39,818 nt of DNA from assembly GCA_964608075.1 (NCBI GenBank), contig CAZSMG010000004.1, positions 1-39,818 on the forward strand, written 5' to 3'. Shown in pieces: positions 38,649 through 39,818 of the stretch (position 1 is its first letter; each line of letters starts with the position of its first letter). This DNA comes from an uncultured Clostridium sp. GTDB lineage: Bacteria > Bacillota > Clostridia > TANB77 > CAG-508. A program made the translations under genes and the position numbers. Under the pieces are notes generated by a model. It was not told where the DNA came from. It saw nothing but the letters and a program-made list of their open reading frames with translations, and ran no database searches.

Positions 38649-39818
38649 TTATAATATTTCAAGATTTGCATATTTTGCCATTAATCTTTTATTTCCAACT
38701 TTATCAAAATCAATGTCTAACTTTAAGTCGTCTCCTTCTTGTTCTGCTTTAGTAATAATTCCTTCACCAAATTTTTTGTGATATACTTTTACCCCTTGTT
38801 TATATTTTGATAAATCTATATTATCATTTAATGATTTCTTAGTAATAGAATTTAAGAAATTCTCTGCTGTTCTAAAGGCAAAACTTGTATTTTTAGGAAT
38901 AGTATCTTTTCTTTCAGTTTTATATGTTTTAACATTATTATTTCCATATTTCCAATCGATTTGTGTATCAGAAAAATTATCATCTTCTTGGCTCTCTTCA
39001 ATTCCATTTAATATCTCATCAGGCATTTCTCTTAAAAATCTTGACATTAAATTACAACTTGTAGATCCAAATATTGTTCTTTGTTTTGCACATGTTAAAA
39101 ATAGATTTTCCTTTGCTCTAGTTATTCCAACATAACAAAGTCTTCTTTCTTCTTCTAATTCTTTTTGCTCTGAAATTGATTTATATCCAGGAAATATTCC
39201 TTCTTCTAATCCCACTAAAAATACTACAGGAAATTCTAATCCTTTTGCACTATGTAATGTCATAAGCGTTATAGAATCTTCATTTTCTTCTAAATTATCT
39301 ATATCGCTTGTTAAAGTTATACTCTCTAAAAAGTCACTCAATGAATTATCTACAAATTCTTCCTCAAATTCTATAGCAACTGTTAAAAATTCTTCTAAAT
39401 TTTCAATTCTATTTTCCGCTTCAATAGTATTTTCATCTTCTAAAGCTTTTGTATATCCTGTCTTTTTTAATACTAATTTTATTAATTCTGAGATATTTAA
39501 ATCATCTTTTTTATTTTTTATATCCTCAATTATATTTATAAATTCCCTTGAATTTAAATATACTCTATTTAAACCATATTGTTCTGCTTCTTTTATTATA
39601 TTGTACATTGGTATTCCAGTATCTTCAGATATCTTTTGTATCTTTTCTAAACTCGTTTTTCCTATACCTCTTTTTGGTTCATTTATTATCCTCATCAAGC
39701 TTAAATTATCAGATGTATTTTGTATTAATCTTAAATATGAAACAATATCTTTAATTTCTTTTCTTTCGTAAAATTTTAGACCACCAATTATTTTATATGG
39801 AATATTTTCTCTTCTTAA
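38649..39818 (-). CDS. pcrA: ATP-dependent DNA helicase PcrA/UvrD, 3' part (runs off window end)
   Basis: The frame is open to the window end (LRRENIPYKIIGGLKFYERKEIKD); motifs LMTLHSAKGLEF and EERRLCYVGITRA; C-terminal Tudor-like HKKFGEG domain. Confidence 0.96.
   Translation of the reverse strand, partial: LRRENIPYKIIGGLKFYERKEIKDIVSYLRLIQNTSDNLSLMRIINEPKRGIGKTSLEKIQKISEDTGIPMYNIIKEAEQYGLNRVYLNSREFINIIEDIKNKKDDLNISELIKLVLKKTGYTKALEDENTIEAENRIENLEEFLTVAIEFEEEFVDNSLSDFLESITLTSDIDNLEENEDSITLMTLHSAKGLEFPVVFLVGLEEGIFPGYKSISEQKELEEERRLCYVGITRAKENLFLTCAKQRTIFGSTSCNLMSRFLREMPDEILNGIEESQEDDNFSDTQIDWKYGNNNVKTYKTERKDTIPKNTSFAFRTAENFLNSITKKSLNDNIDLSKYKQGVKVYHKKFGEGIITKAEQEGDDLKLDIDFDKVGNKRLMAKYANLEIL

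Overview
This is a very AT-rich chromosomal window from a spore-forming Clostridia-like firmicute. The lineage is inferred from spoIIE, CotF-like genes, mecA and a Clostridia-style mre operon, and cannot be fixed from sequence alone. Most genes lie on the minus strand. In coordinate order the window holds: the 5' end of rpoC; rpoB with its own promoter and a long structured leader; a small multidrug export protein; an AI-2E transporter; xth; a YabE-like G5/3D protein; tatD; acpS; a WG-repeat protein; an isolated spoIIE; a two-gene operon of giant (1525 and 1603 aa) surface proteins with non-canonical xxxTG sorting signals, one with thioester-domain motifs and the other with a sharp internal codon-usage junction; a likely SigE-controlled three-gene operon of unknown function, including a 51-aa ORF missing from the ORF track; minC-pbp2-mreD-mreC-mreB-radC-DUF4321, lacking maf and minDE; mecA; an M23 peptidase; a TetR-controlled MMPL transporter plus a repeat-rich secreted coiled-coil partner; two CotF-type spore genes with a SigG-like promoter; and the 3' part of pcrA. 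I saw no tRNA, rRNA, CRISPR array or transposase. Several start codons were moved from the ORF track on Shine-Dalgarno evidence. All calls are by eye; no searches were run.
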